Part shown: piece by piece, positions 30,310-41,020 of the stretch
Position numbering within the stretch: position 1 is the stretch's first letter
How the letters are laid out: each line of letters begins with the position of its first letter
NCBI GenBank assembly: GCA_963738325.1
Contig: CAVTWD010000015.1
Span: 30,767-94,766, forward strand
Direction: 5' to 3'
Length of the DNA: 64,000 nt
Origin: an uncultured Acidimicrobiales bacterium
GTDB taxonomy: Bacteria > Actinomycetota > Acidimicrobiia > Acidimicrobiales > Ilumatobacteraceae
Made by a program: the position numbers and the translations under genes
The notes under the pieces: model-generated
Seen by the model: only the letters and a program-made list of their open reading frames with translations
The model's database searches: none
What the model was told of the DNA's origin: nothing

Positions 30310-31119
30310 TCAGTCGGTGAAGACCGGCTCCCGACGCTCGAAGTTGGCCGTGATCGCCTCGACCTGGTTGGGCGAGCCGATCAGCCCGCCGATCACCCGC
30401 CGCTCCTCGGCGAACTGGTCGGCCGGCGAGGCGTCGAGCGAGCGGTTGAGCAGCGCCTTGGCCCCGCGGACGGCCTCCGGGTTGCGTCCGGCGATCTCCC
30501 TCGCCACCGCAAGGGCGTCGAGGAGCGGGTTGGCGGTCAGGTGGGTGACCAGGCCGAGCTGGTAGCCCTCCTCGCCGGTCACGATCTTGGCGGTCAGCAC
30601 GAGCTCTTTGGCGATGTCCGGGCGCACGAGACGGGCGAGCATGTAGGTGCCGGTCATGTCGGGCACGAGGCCCCAGTGCACCTCCCGCACCGACAGTTGC
30701 GCGTCGGGCGTGCAGAAGCGGATGTCGGCACCAAGGGCGATCTGCAGTCCGCCACCGAGGGCGTGACCGTGGATGGCCGCGAGCACCGGCGCCTCGATCT
30801 CTTGCCAGACCCAGCACACCTGCTGGCCCAGATGGGTGATGCGCCCCGGAGCCATGGAGGCCGGGCTGGCACCGGCTTCGCCCTCGGTCGCCGGCGCGCC
30901 GGCCATCGCCTGGAAGCCGCCGAAGTCGAGACCCGCGCAGAACGAGGCACCCTCTCCCGACAGCACCACCGCCCGAACGCCGGGCTCGACCTTGAGCTGC
31001 TCACCGACCTCGGCCAGGGCGGCGAACATCGGGCCGTCGAGCGCGTTGCGCTTGTCAGGGCGGTTGAGGCGAACGTCGGCGACACCGGCCTCGATCGTGC
31101 AGGTCACTCGGTCGGACAT
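30310..31119 (-). CDS. enoyl-CoA hydratase/isomerase (crotonase fold)
   Basis: Crotonase signature LSGEGASFCAGLDF ... HGHALGGGLQIALGADIR. Confidence 0.8.
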   Translation of the reverse strand: MSDRVTCTIEAGVADVRLNRPDKRNALDGPMFAALAEVGEQLKVEPGVRAVVLSGEGASFCAGLDFGGFQAMAGAPATEGEAGASPASMAPGRITHLGQQVCWVWQEIEAPVLAAIHGHALGGGLQIALGADIRFCTPDAQLSVREVHWGLVPDMTGTYMLARLVRPDIAKELVLTAKIVTGEEGYQLGLVTHLTANPLLDALAVAREIAGRNPEAVRGAKALLNRSLDASPADQFAEERRVIGGLIGSPNQVEAITANFERREPVFTD

Positions 31120-31204
31120 GCCCGCAGTCTGTCACCACTCCCTGTGATCTGACGCGGTTGAACGTCGCATGGCACCGCTCAGCCGCGCGGAATCACCAGC
31201 GCCG

Positions 31205-31937
31205 TCACTCCACGAGGCGGAGACCGGTGGGCGCGATGCTCGGCTCGGCTTGGGGCAGGTCGACGGCGAACTCCGTGCGGTGCCCGGGGAAGACGTGGGC
31301 GCTGAGCAGCACCGGCTTGCCGTCGGTGTCGCGCGTCACCCGTTCGCAGTGCAACACGGGCGACCCGGGCGGGATGCCGAGGCGCCGCCGCGTCGGCGGG
31401 TTCGGCGGCCGCGGCCCCGATGGTCTGCGTGGCCCCACCGAGCGGCACGGCCAGCAGCTCGTAGAACGGCGAACGCTCGACCGCGGCGCGCGAGAGACGC
31501 TCGGCCAGGGGCGCCGGGCACCACACGGTGACGAGCGCGAACGGCTCTCCGTCGGCGAGGTTGACGCGCTTGACCCGCAGCACCCGGTCGCAGCCGAGGA
31601 TCCTGCGCACCCGAGGGTCGGCGGGGACGAAGGCGAACTCCAACACGTTGCGCTCGGGGTGCACACCGATCGCTTCGAGCTGGGCCTCGATCGTCGCCAG
31701 CCGCCCGAGGCTCTGGCGCAGCGGATCACCGGCCACGAACCAGCCGACCCCCTGGCGAGCGTCGAGCAGGCCGTCGTCGCGCAGGAGCTCCAGCGCCCGC
31801 CGGATCGTGACGCGGCTGGCGTGGTAGGCCACCTGCAGCTCGGCCTCGCTCGGTAGCAGCCGGCCGGCCGGGAACTCGCCGCTCTCCACCCGCCGCCGCA
31901 GCGCGTCGGCGATCTCCCGGTAGCGGATGGTGCGCAC
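31205..31937 (-). pseudogene. GntR/HutC-family regulator (HTH plus UTRA) with a +1 frameshift near 31385
   Basis: The N-terminus (TIRYREIADALRRRVESGEFPAGRLLPSEAELQVAYHASRVTIRRALELL) is in one frame. The UTRA C-terminus (LGIPPGSPVLHCERVTRDTDGKPVLLSAHVFPGHRTEFAVDL) is in the next frame, after a GCGGCGGCG run. Confidence 0.65.
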
Positions 31938-31989
31938 GGCCGCCCGACCCGCCCGCCCCTCAGCGCTTCCGTGTCGTCGCGCGCCGGGC

Positions 31990-32797
31990 GCCTGGCCTCG
32001 GCGACGATGGCCACAGCCGCCTCGGGCGTGAGGGCGCGGAAGGTGACGGTCTCCTCCAGGAAGAGCCGGACCCGCTCGGCGTCGTGGTCGAGGTAGCCGA
32101 TGGACAGATCCTCGCCGGTGGTGAGCTCGAAGTCACCACCCCGCAGGCTGAGCACCACCGCGCAGGCGACGGCTGGCGCCCAGACGATCGGCCCGTCGAG
32201 CAACAGGCGGACGTGATTCAGCACGGGATAGCCGCCGTAGGCCGTCTCGGTGACGCCCGTGTACGGATCGGGCCCGAGGGCGATGGCGTACGGCCCGCCG
32301 ATGCCGGCTTCACGCAGCACGCCGATGGCTTGCGCCACCGCGGTGGGGAAGCGGTCGAAGTCGTCCGGCATCGGGATGGGCCGATGCGGGGTGGCCTCGG
32401 TGACGCCTTCGATGGCTCCCGGTCGGTAGCCGTTGAAGACGAGGTTGTCCTCGGCGAAGGCGATGCGACGCGACGCTTCGACGAGGGGGTCGAGGTCCGG
32501 GTCGGGCGCGCCGCGGTCGACGTCGTCGAGCACCGTGCGGGTGAGGGCGAACTCGGCCCGCAGCTCGATGAGCGGCTGGAGCCGCCGGGCGGCGGCGGAG
32601 GTCCCGGGCGCGGGTGTGTCGGCCAGCGGGGCGACGCGTCCGAGGTCGACCGCAGAGTGCGTCCAGCCGAGCGGCCCCGCGAAGTCGACGACCTTACGGG
32701 CGCCGAGGAAGGTGGCGAGGCGGCCTCGGGCTTCGTCGTCGATGACCGCCCAGGCCGTCTCGGTGATCGGCGCGATCTCCCGGTAGAGGTGGTTCAC
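31990..32797 (-). CDS. family-1 encapsulin shell protein (HK97 fold, Cfp29/linocin-like); 3' end undefined because no in-frame stop is present
   Basis: VNHLYREIAPITETAWAVIDDEARGRLATFLGARKVVDF...GYPVLNHVRLLLDGPIVWAPAVACAVVLSLRGGDFELTTGEDLSIGYLDHDAERVRLFLEETVTFRAL... matches M. tuberculosis Cfp29 throughout. A GTG start overlaps the cargo stop (GTGA). The ORF reads through into GntR, so a frameshift near the C-terminus is likely. Confidence 0.7.
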
Positions 32798-33192
32798 TCC
32801 GTCACCCCCGGCTTCAGGCTGCCCAGGCCGAGCGAGCCGCTGGTCGCAGCGGCGGGCCCTCCGCTGGCTTCGGCGGCGGCCTCGACCGCCACGATGTCCC
32901 CGGTCGTGAAGAGGTACGTGCGCAGGTGGCCGTCGAAGATGGGGTCGTGGCGCCGCAGCCATTCGATCGTCATGGCCGCGTGCTCCTTCTCCTCGTCGCG
33001 GTTGTGGCCGAGGACGGCGGCCAGAGAGTCGTCGGCTGTGGCGTCGACCCGCTGCGAGTACCAGTCCACGGCCTCGAGCTCTTCCTTGATGGAGGTGAGC
33101 GCGCGGTGGAGATCGATCGTGGAGCCCGACAGCTTCCCTTCGTCCTCGTGCAGGCCGTCGCTCGCCATGAACACCCTTTCTGGACTCGCCAC
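32794..33192 (-). CDS. encapsulated ferritin-like cargo protein (EncFtn) with a C-terminal targeting peptide
   Basis: EELEAVDWYSQRVDATADDSLAAVLGHNRDEEKEHAAMTIEWLRRHDPIFDGHLRTYLF resembles EncFtn. The C-terminal SGSLGLGSLKPG matches the encapsulin cargo-loading peptide consensus. Confidence 0.8.
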   Translation of the reverse strand: MASPERVFMASDGLHEDEGKLSGSTIDLHRALTSIKEELEAVDWYSQRVDATADDSLAAVLGHNRDEEKEHAAMTIEWLRRHDPIFDGHLRTYLFTTGDIVAVEAAAEASGGPAAATSGSLGLGSLKPGVTE

Positions 33193-33348
33193 TTGCTTCG
33201 GATCGTGCCGGGTCGGACACTACCTGCGCCCGGCAGAGGCGAAACCTGCCGAACTTCTGGCGGACTTCCGGTGACAACTTGTCTGCAACTTGTATTAGAC
33301 TGAGAGCGAAGCCGAATCAGAGCGAGCACTCGACCGAAAGGGGACAGC

Positions 33349-35637
33349 ATGGCCGTGACCGCAGGAACACCCATCGAGCTCGTCGAGCGCGTGTACGCCA
33401 CGCTTCTCGACCGGTTGGCGATCGGGCGGCGCCGCCTCGGGCGCGGACTCACCCTCACCGAGAAGATCCTCCTCAACCATCTCGACGATCCGGAGGGTCA
33501 GGGGCTCGAGCGGGGACGGAGCTACGCAGACTTCCGGCCGGACCGCGTCGCCATGCAAGACGCCACCGCGCAGATGGCCCTCCTGCAGTTCATGACCGCG
33601 GGCCTGGCCGAGGTGGCGGTGCCGAGCACGGTGCACTGCGACCACTTGATCCAAGCTCGGGCAGGCGCCGACATCGACCTCAAGTTCGCGCTCGACATCA
33701 ACAGCGAGGTGTACGAGTTCCTGCGCTCGGTCTCCGCGAAATATGGCATCGGCTTCTGGAAGCCCGGCAGCGGGATCATCCACCAGGTCGTGCTCGAGCA
33801 CTACGCCTTCCCCGGCGGGATGATGATCGGCACCGACAGCCACACCCCCAACGCCGGAGGGCTCGGCATGGTGGCCATCGGCGTGGGTGGCGCGGACGCG
33901 GTCGACGTGATGACGGGGTTCCCGTTCAACGTGCGCTGGCCCAAGGTGATCGGCGTCCACTTGACAGGTTCGTTGTCGGGTTGGTCGGCGCCGAAGGATG
34001 TCATCCTTCGCGTGGCCGAGATCCTCACCGTGGCCGGTGGCACGGGCGCCATCGTCGAGTACTTCGGTCCCGGCGCCGATTCCATCAGCGCCACGGGGAA
34101 GGCGACGATCTGCAACATGGGCGCCGAGATCGGCGCCACCACGTCGGTGTTCCCGTTCGACGACAACATGGTCGCCTACCTCAAGGCGACGGGACGCGAA
34201 GCGATCGCCGATGCCGCCACGAAGGTGGTCGCCGACCTCCGGCCCGACGACACCGTCGTCGCAGATCCCGCCTCGGCCTACGACCGCGTGGTCGAGATCG
34301 ACCTCGACACCCTGCGGCCACTGATCAACGGGCCCGACAGCCCCGACCTCGCCCATCCCGTGAGCGAGCGTAGGGGCGTGGGCGAAGGAGCACGGTGTGC
34401 CGGTCGAGGTCAGCTCCGCCTTGATCGGGTCGTGCACGAACTCGTCTTACGAGGACATCACGCGCGCCGCGTCGATCGCCCGCCAGGCCGCGGCCAAGGG
34501 GTTGCGGGCCCGGACGCAGCTGCTCATCACGCCTGGTTCCGAGCAGGTGCGGGCCACCATCGAGCGCGATGGCCTCCTGGCCGACCTCGAGGCCATCGGC
34601 GGCGAGGTGCTCGCCAACGCCTGCGGACCGTGCATCGGGCAGTGGGAGCGCACCGACCTCGACCCGTCGAAGGTCAACACGATCGTCAACAGCTACAACC
34701 GCAACTTCCCGAAGCGCAACGACGGCAACGCCAACACCAAGGCGTTCGTCACGTCGCCCGACGTGGTGATCGCGTACGCCCTGTCGGGCACGCTGGAGTT
34801 CGACCCCGTGTCCGACACGCTCCGCAACGACGACGGGGTGGAGGTCACGCTCGACCCGCCGGTCGGTGAGATCCTCCCGGCCAGGGGCTTCGACCCCGGG
34901 CAGAGCGGGTTCCTCGCTCCCCCGGCCGACGGCTCGGGCGTCTCCGTGGTCGTCGACCCGGCGAGCGAACGCCTCCAGCTCCTCGATGCCTTCCCGGCCT
35001 GGGACGGTGGGGACTACCAAGAGCTCCCCGTGCTCATGAAGGCGCGGGGCAAGTGCACGACGGATCACATCTCGGCCGCGGGGAAATGGCTGACCTACCG
35101 CGGCCACCTCGAGAACATCTCGGGCAATCTCTTCCTCGGCGTGGTCAACGCCTTCACGGGTGCGGTCGGGGAAGGCAAGGACCACCGCGACGGAGGCACT
35201 CGTTCGTACCCCGACATCGCGAAGGGCTACTCCGAGGCGGGCATCGCCTGGTGCGCGGTGGGCGACCAGAACTACGGCGAAGGGTCCTCGCGTGAGCACG
35301 CCGCGATGGAGCCGCGGTTCCGCAACGGCCGCGTGATCTTCGCCCGGTCCTTCGCCCGCATCCACGAGACGAACCTCAAGAAGCAGGGGCTGCTGCCGCT
35401 GACGTTCTCCGACCCGGCCACCTACGACCTGATCGACGAGGAGGATCGGATCTCGGTGCTCGGCCTGGCCGATCTGGCCCCGGACGTGCCCGTGCGCTGC
35501 AAGATCCACAAGCCCGACGGCACGACCGTCGACTTCGAGTGCACCCACACGTTCTCACCAGAGCAGATCGAGTGGTTCCAGCGCCGGCTCGGCGCTCAAC
35601 ATCATCCGCGGCCGCGCCGGACGTTAAGGAGCCGGCC
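33349..35637 (+). pseudogene. acn: aconitate hydratase (mitochondrial/AcnA-type) with two +1 frameshifts (about 34375 and about 35575)
   Basis: N-terminal domains are in the 33349 frame, the swivel domain in the 34397 frame ([26 protein letters not shown]...), and the true C-terminus (AGSALNIIRGRAGR*) in a third frame. Confidence 0.7.
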
Positions 35638-35767
35638 GAGCGAAGCTCCAAGGATGAGGGTTCCCAGGGGCTCTTCGCGCGGAGCTCGGTCCGGCTTGGC
35701 CGGTCGAGGCGAAGCTCCAAGGAGGGCGTTTCCAAGCGGGGAAGCTCTGCTTCTCCCCTTTTGACTC

Positions 35768-37203
35768 TCAATCCGTCCCCGGGCGGCGGTGAAGCTCGGC
35801 GTCGGGGTCGCCCTTGTACCCGGGCGGCAAGGTGAGGGCGAGCTCCGCAGCGGTGGGCTCGTGGTGCTTGTGGGCCTCCGGCGGAAGGAGGTCGGCGATC
35901 GCCTCCATGATCCGCTCGGTGTCCTTGTCGATGCTCTTGTACTTGAGGTCCACCGGTGGCCCGACTCGCACCGTGATGAGCGGCGGGCTCGTGACGTTCG
36001 TGATGTTCGGCAGGCGACTGCGGCGCGGCCACACCTTCTCGGTGCCCCAGAGGCCCATGGGGATCACCGGGACATGGGTGAGATGGGCGAGCCGGGCGGC
36101 CCCCCAGCGGCCCTTCAGCTTGGGATCGAAGAACGCCTTGCCCCTCGGGATCGTGCCTTGAGGCATGAGCGCCACCATCTGCCCGGCCTCCAGCGCGGCC
36201 GCCGCTTCGCGAAGCGGATCGTCGCTGCCCGTCCCCCGATCGACACGGATGCCGCCCATGGCTCGGGCCAGCGGCCCGATGACCGGGGCGTCGAACACCT
36301 CCTTCTTGCCGAGGAAGCGCGCCGGGCGCCCGACCTGCGCGAATCGCCAGGGTCATGGCGGCGGCGTCGAAATACGACCGGTGGTTGGCCACCAGGATGA
36401 CGCCGGCCCGATCGAGGCACGCGATCGGTGCCCTTGATGTCGAAACGGGCGTACGGCATGAGCTCTGGGCGGGAGAAGAGCATGCCCAACCGCTGGGGCT
36501 CGACGTTGAGGAGGGGGATCTTGGGCACGCCGGCGGGCACGTCAAGGTGAAGGCGGGGCCATCGACGGGCGGTAGCCATGACCATCATCCTCGGGTCAGG
36601 GTTCACGACCACGGGGTGACCGACGGCCGCGAGCAGCGGGGTGTCGTAGAAGCTGTCCGAGTAGAACCAGCTCTCGGCCAAGTCGACGCCGTGCTCCTTG
36701 GCCCACTGCCGCACCGCGTCCCGCTTCCCGTTGGCCCACACGAACGGCCCCACGATGCTTCCGTCGTAGGTGCCATCGGGGTTGACGCCGTAGCGGGTAG
36801 CCACCACGTCGTCGAAACCGAGCTCGTCGGCCAGCGGCTTCACCAGATCGAACGGCGTCGTGGTGGCGAGCACGAGGAGCCGTCCCGCTGGCGCGGTGCT
36901 CGGTGAACAGGCCCTTGGCGTACGGCTGGATCATGCCCACCAGCACCTCGGCAGCCTCCCCTGCCGCGGCCTGCACCGCGGCCCGCGGGCGACCGCGTCG
37001 ACAACGACGCCGCCTGGCGGGCCAGCGCCATCGACGGGATGCGTCTCGCCCACCGTGTTGAACAGCCGGTAGAGCGCGTTCTCGCCCGGGAAGGCACGGC
37101 CGGTCACCACGCCGGCCTTCCGGAGCGCCTCGCTCAGGACGGGGCCACTCGCCCCGGACAGCAGGGTTCGATCAAGGTCGAAGAAAGCGGCACCGATGAC
37201 CAT
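35768..37203 (-). pseudogene. HAD-IB hydrolase / lysophospholipid acyltransferase fusion, broken into at least 4 frames
   Basis: Pieces are spread over three reading frames. The HAD N-terminus is MVIGAAFFDLDRTLL. The middle is IPSMALARQAAS, then LLVLATTTPFDLVKPLADELGFDDVVATRYGV...SDSFYDTPLLAAVGHPVVVNP. The acyltransferase part is GVILVANHRSYFDAAAM, then ...FDAPVIGPLARAMGGIRVDRG... Confidence 0.6.
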
Positions 37204-37270
37204 GGTCGCACCGTAGTCCTCCACCACGGACCACGGCCCGAGGCACGCGTCGAACCGGGCTCGTGCGACT

Positions 37271-37297
37271 CCCGACGGGGAAAGGCCCTGGTTGGGG
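37271..37297. other. strong hairpin (11-bp perfect stem AGGCCCTGGTT / AACCAGGGCCT, loop GGGGG) in a divergent intergenic region
   Basis: Lies in the 298-bp gap between the HAD-acyltransferase start (37203, minus strand) and the carboxyltransferase start (37502, plus strand). An AT-richer stretch follows. Confidence 0.4.
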
Positions 37298-37501
37298 GAA
37301 CCAGGGCCTCTCAACCCAGGAGCCCACGCGATCGGGGGAATCGCATTGCGGACCCCGAGACGATGTGGGCCTTGGGGGTGGCGCCACGTCGTTCTTGTGA
37401 AAGTATGCACGATTTCGCTGTCTCGCACAACCCTTTGTTACCGACAAGTATCCTGACCTGGACGAACGAGACGGGGGCGCCCGGCTCGTAGGCTCCGGAC
37501 G

Positions 37502-38850
37502 ATGCCCCCGGTCGGGTTACGGGTCCGCACTCCCGGCGCTGTCAGCGTGGCCGTGGGCGAGATCGGCGGCCGGTCGGCCGTGGTGGTGGAGATCGAGGCC
37601 AGCGAGCATCTGGGCGCGCTGTCGTCGATCGCCTCGGAGAGCCTCGAGCTGGCCGCCCGCCTGGCGCGGGCCGAACGCCTCCCGCTCGTGGTGATCCTCG
37701 CGTCGAGCGGCGCCGACCTCACCGAGGGTATGGCCGCGCTCCATGGCTGGGGACTGGCCGCTCGTGCCCTGGCCGACTGCTCCGGCATCGTGCCCGTGCT
37801 GATGTCCGTCACGGGCCCGGCGGTGTCGGGCCCGGCGCTGCTGCTCGGCCTCGCCGACCACGTCGTGATGACCGAGTCGGCCTACGCGTTCGTCAGCGGC
37901 CCGACATGGTCGCCGAGTTCACCGGCGTCCAGGTCGACAACGAGCGAGCTCGGGGGGCGCGCACCGCGCACGCCCGCTACACCGGCGTGGCGTCGCTCGT
38001 CGTGCACGACGACGAGGCGGCCCGGGAGGCGCGTCGGCGACCTCCTCGCCTACCTCCCGCCGCACAACGACGCCGAACCCCCGCGTGGCCGCACCGACGA
38101 CCCGCCCGACCGCCTGACGCCCGAGGCGGGGGTGCTGTTGCCGCCGGCGCCGACTGGCAGCTACGACGTCCGCGCCGTGATCGCGAGCGGTGGCCGACGA
38201 GGCGAGCTTGCTCGAGCTGCGCGCCCGCTGGGCCCCGAACCTCGTCACCGCGTTCGCCACGATCGCCGGCCGGCCCGTCGGCATGCGTCGCGAACCAGCC
38301 GCTCGCCATCGCCGGCACCCTCGACATCCCGGCGTCGCAGAAGGGCGCCCGTTTCGTCGCCTTCTGCGACGCCTTCAACCTGCCGATCATCACCCTGGTC
38401 GACACCCCGGGCTTCTACCCCGGCAAGGACCTCGAGTGGCGGGGGATGATCCGCCACGGCGCCCAGCTCGTCTTCGCCTACGCCCGCGCCACGGTGCCCC
38501 GCGATCTGCGTGATCCTGCGCAAGTCCTATGGCGGCGCCTACATCGTCATGGACTCGAAGACGATGGGCAACGACCTCTGCCTGGCCTGGCCCGGCGCCG
38601 AGCTGGCGGTCATGGGGGCGAAAGGTGCGGTCGAGATCCTGCACCGGCGGGCAGCGCCGGAGGAGCGGGCGCGGCGCGAGGCCGACTACGAGGAGCGCCT
38701 CCTCAACCCGTACATCGCCGCCGAGCGGGGCTACGTCGACGCCGTGATCGACCCCGCCGAGACCCGTCGCGAGGTCGCGCAGGCGCTCGAGCTGCTCGCC
38801 GCAAGCGGGAGCGGCTCGTCGCCCGCAAGCACGACAACTCGCCGCTCTGA
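37502..38850 (+). pseudogene. acyl-CoA carboxylase carboxyltransferase (AccD/PccB-like) with about 6 frameshifts
   Basis: Segments alternate between three frames: ...[19 protein letters not shown]...[17 protein letters not shown]...[28 protein letters not shown]...[48 protein letters not shown]...[18 protein letters not shown]...KHDNSPL*. Confidence 0.65.
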
Positions 38851-38932
38851 TCCGAGGTGAGGTCGAAGTGGGACGCCGGTGTCCCGGCCGATAGTGTCCA
38901 CATCCGGGTGTGCCGACCGAAAGGGGAGCCAG

Positions 38933-40201
38933 GTGCCTGACACCATCACCATCATCGACAACCGCACCGGAAAGAAGGTCACCGTCCCCATCGACAACGG
39001 TGTGTTCCCGTCGTCCGCCCTCCGGGAGCTCGACCCGGACCTGCGGATGTACGACCCCGCGTTCCTGTCGACCGCGGCCTGTGCATCCGCCATCACCTAC
39101 CTCGACGGCGACGCCGGCATCCTGCGCTACCGCGGTTACCCGATCGAGCAGCTCGCCGAGCAGTCGACCTACCTCGAGGTCGCGTACCTCCTGCTCAACG
39201 GCGAGCTGCCCGACGCGGCGCAGCTCGCGGAGTGGACCTACGACGTCACCCACCACACGTTCATCCACGAGAACGTGCGCAAGCGGTTCATGGAGGGCTT
39301 CCACTACGACGCCCACCCGATGGGCATGCTCGTATCGGCCGTCGCCGCCCTCTCCACGTTCTACCCCGAGGCCAAGGACATCTTCGACACCGACAACCGG
39401 GACAAGCAGATCCTGCGCCTGATCGCCAAGATGCCCACGCTCGCGGCCTGCTGCCACCGCTTCAGCGTCGGGATGCCGTTCGTGTATCCCGACAACAAGC
39501 TGTCCTTCACCGGCAACTTCCTCAACATGATGTGGAAGGTCGGCGAGTACGAGCTCGACCCCGTCCTCGAGCGGGCGCTCGACGTCCTGTTCATCCTCCA
39601 CGCCGACCACGAGCAGAACTGCGGCACCACCGCCATGCGCGTGGTCGGCTCGGCCCACGCCGACCCCTACTCCGCGTGCGCGGCCGCGGCGGCGGCGCTG
39701 TACGGGCCGCTGCACGGCGGCGCCAACGAGCAGGTCGTGCGCATGCTCACCGAGATCGGCTCGATCGACAACGTGCCCGCGTTCGTCGAGGACGTGAAGG
39801 CCGGCAAGGGCCGACTCATGGGCTTCGGCCACCGCGTCTACAAGAACTACGACCCCCGCGCCACGATCATCAAGCGCACCGCCGACGAGGTCTTCGAGGT
39901 CACGGGCAGGAACCCGCTGCTCGACATCGCGCTGAAGCTCGAAGAGGCCGCCCTCTCCGACGACTACTTCAAATCACGCAAGCTCTACCCGAACGTCGAC
40001 TTCTACTCGGGCCTCATCTACCAGGCGATGGGCTTCCCGATGGAGATGTTCACGGTGCTGTTCGCCATCCCCCGCACGGCGGGCTGGCTGGCGCACTGGG
40101 AGGAGCTGCTCGCCGACAAGGACCAGAAGATCGCCCGGCCCCGCCAGGCATACAGCGGCGCTGAGTTGCGCGATTACGTGCCGCTCGCATCCCGTCAGTA
40201 A
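38933..40201 (+). CDS. gltA: citrate synthase
   Basis: Intact, with GFGHRVYKNYDPRA and the His/Asp catalytic context. GTG start after an AAAGGGGAG SD. Confidence 0.9.
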   Translation: MPDTITIIDNRTGKKVTVPIDNGVFPSSALRELDPDLRMYDPAFLSTAACASAITYLDGDAGILRYRGYPIEQLAEQSTYLEVAYLLLNGELPDAAQLAEWTYDVTHHTFIHENVRKRFMEGFHYDAHPMGMLVSAVAALSTFYPEAKDIFDTDNRDKQILRLIAKMPTLAACCHRFSVGMPFVYPDNKLSFTGNFLNMMWKVGEYELDPVLERALDVLFILHADHEQNCGTTAMRVVGSAHADPYSACAAAAAALYGPLHGGANEQVVRMLTEIGSIDNVPAFVEDVKAGKGRLMGFGHRVYKNYDPRATIIKRTADEVFEVTGRNPLLDIALKLEEAALSDDYFKSRKLYPNVDFYSGLIYQAMGFPMEMFTVLFAIPRTAGWLAHWEELLADKDQKIARPRQAYSGAELRDYVPLASRQ

Positions 40202-40212
40202 CGGCTTCTCCG

Positions 40213-40907
40213 CTAACGCCACCAGTGGGCTGCGGTCGCAGCGCGGGCATCGACCCACGCCTGCTGTTGGACGCCCCCAGCTCGTGCAGATGACCGACCC
40301 ATCGGCTGATCCACCCGAGGTGCCGCAGGTCGAGCGGACCGTTGGCGGGATCACGGGCGCACTCGGCGAGCACCACGTCGTCGCCGTGCGCGGGCCACGC
40401 GGAGATCGGCGTGCCGTGCCCCACGGCGTCGAGGTCGGAGGCCAAAGCGTCCGCCTCGCCGACGAGGCGATCGCCGGCCCGGCGCCAGGAGGCTCGGACC
40501 ATCGGCTCGGTGCCCAGGGCGACGACGGCGCGCCCGGCCAGCTCGACGATGACCGCCGTCCCCACGAGCGACCCCGCTTGGTGGCGGGGGAGGTGGTGCC
40601 GCCCTCGTTCGCCGAGGTACTCGCCGAGGGTCTCGTCGGCCCGTCCTACCGCGGCATGGGCTCGGTGGCGGGCCGCGTCCTCGCCGGAAGGGCGGCCGAA
40701 GGCGCGAGCCACGGCGGCGGCGACGAACCGGCCGCTGGCGGACAGCGACGCAGCGGCCGCATCGCAGAGCTCGGCGCTCGCGCCACGGGGCCAGAACACG
40801 AGGCTGACGACGAGGCTCACGGCGACCCCCACGGCGGGGTCACCACCGCGACGCGCGCCGCCCGCCGGAGCACGACGCCGTCGGGGTCGTGGAGATGGGT
40901 GCGCCAC
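40213..40907 (-). pseudogene. hypothetical protein (possible FUSC-like C-terminal domain), probably frameshifted near its 3' end
   Basis: The 285-aa minus-strand ORF would overlap gltA by 150 nt. Another frame ends at a TAG 12 nt past the gltA stop. Confidence 0.25.
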
Positions 40908-41020
40908 CCGGGACGAGGCCGCCCCTGCGTTCCCCGTCGGCCGCGGCCATGCCCGGAGTCTGGCGCGCCGGCGCGCAACTCCCGGGACATCGCCAGCGCA
41001 CGTCGCTACCGTCGGCGGGC

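Noticed and set aside
33193-33348. A GntR-type operator in the encapsulin/aconitase divergent promoter (acaacttgtctgcaacttgtattagac).
   Set aside because: Only short direct repeats (CAACTTGT x2) and a weak, imperfect inverted repeat were found. This is not enough to call a site.
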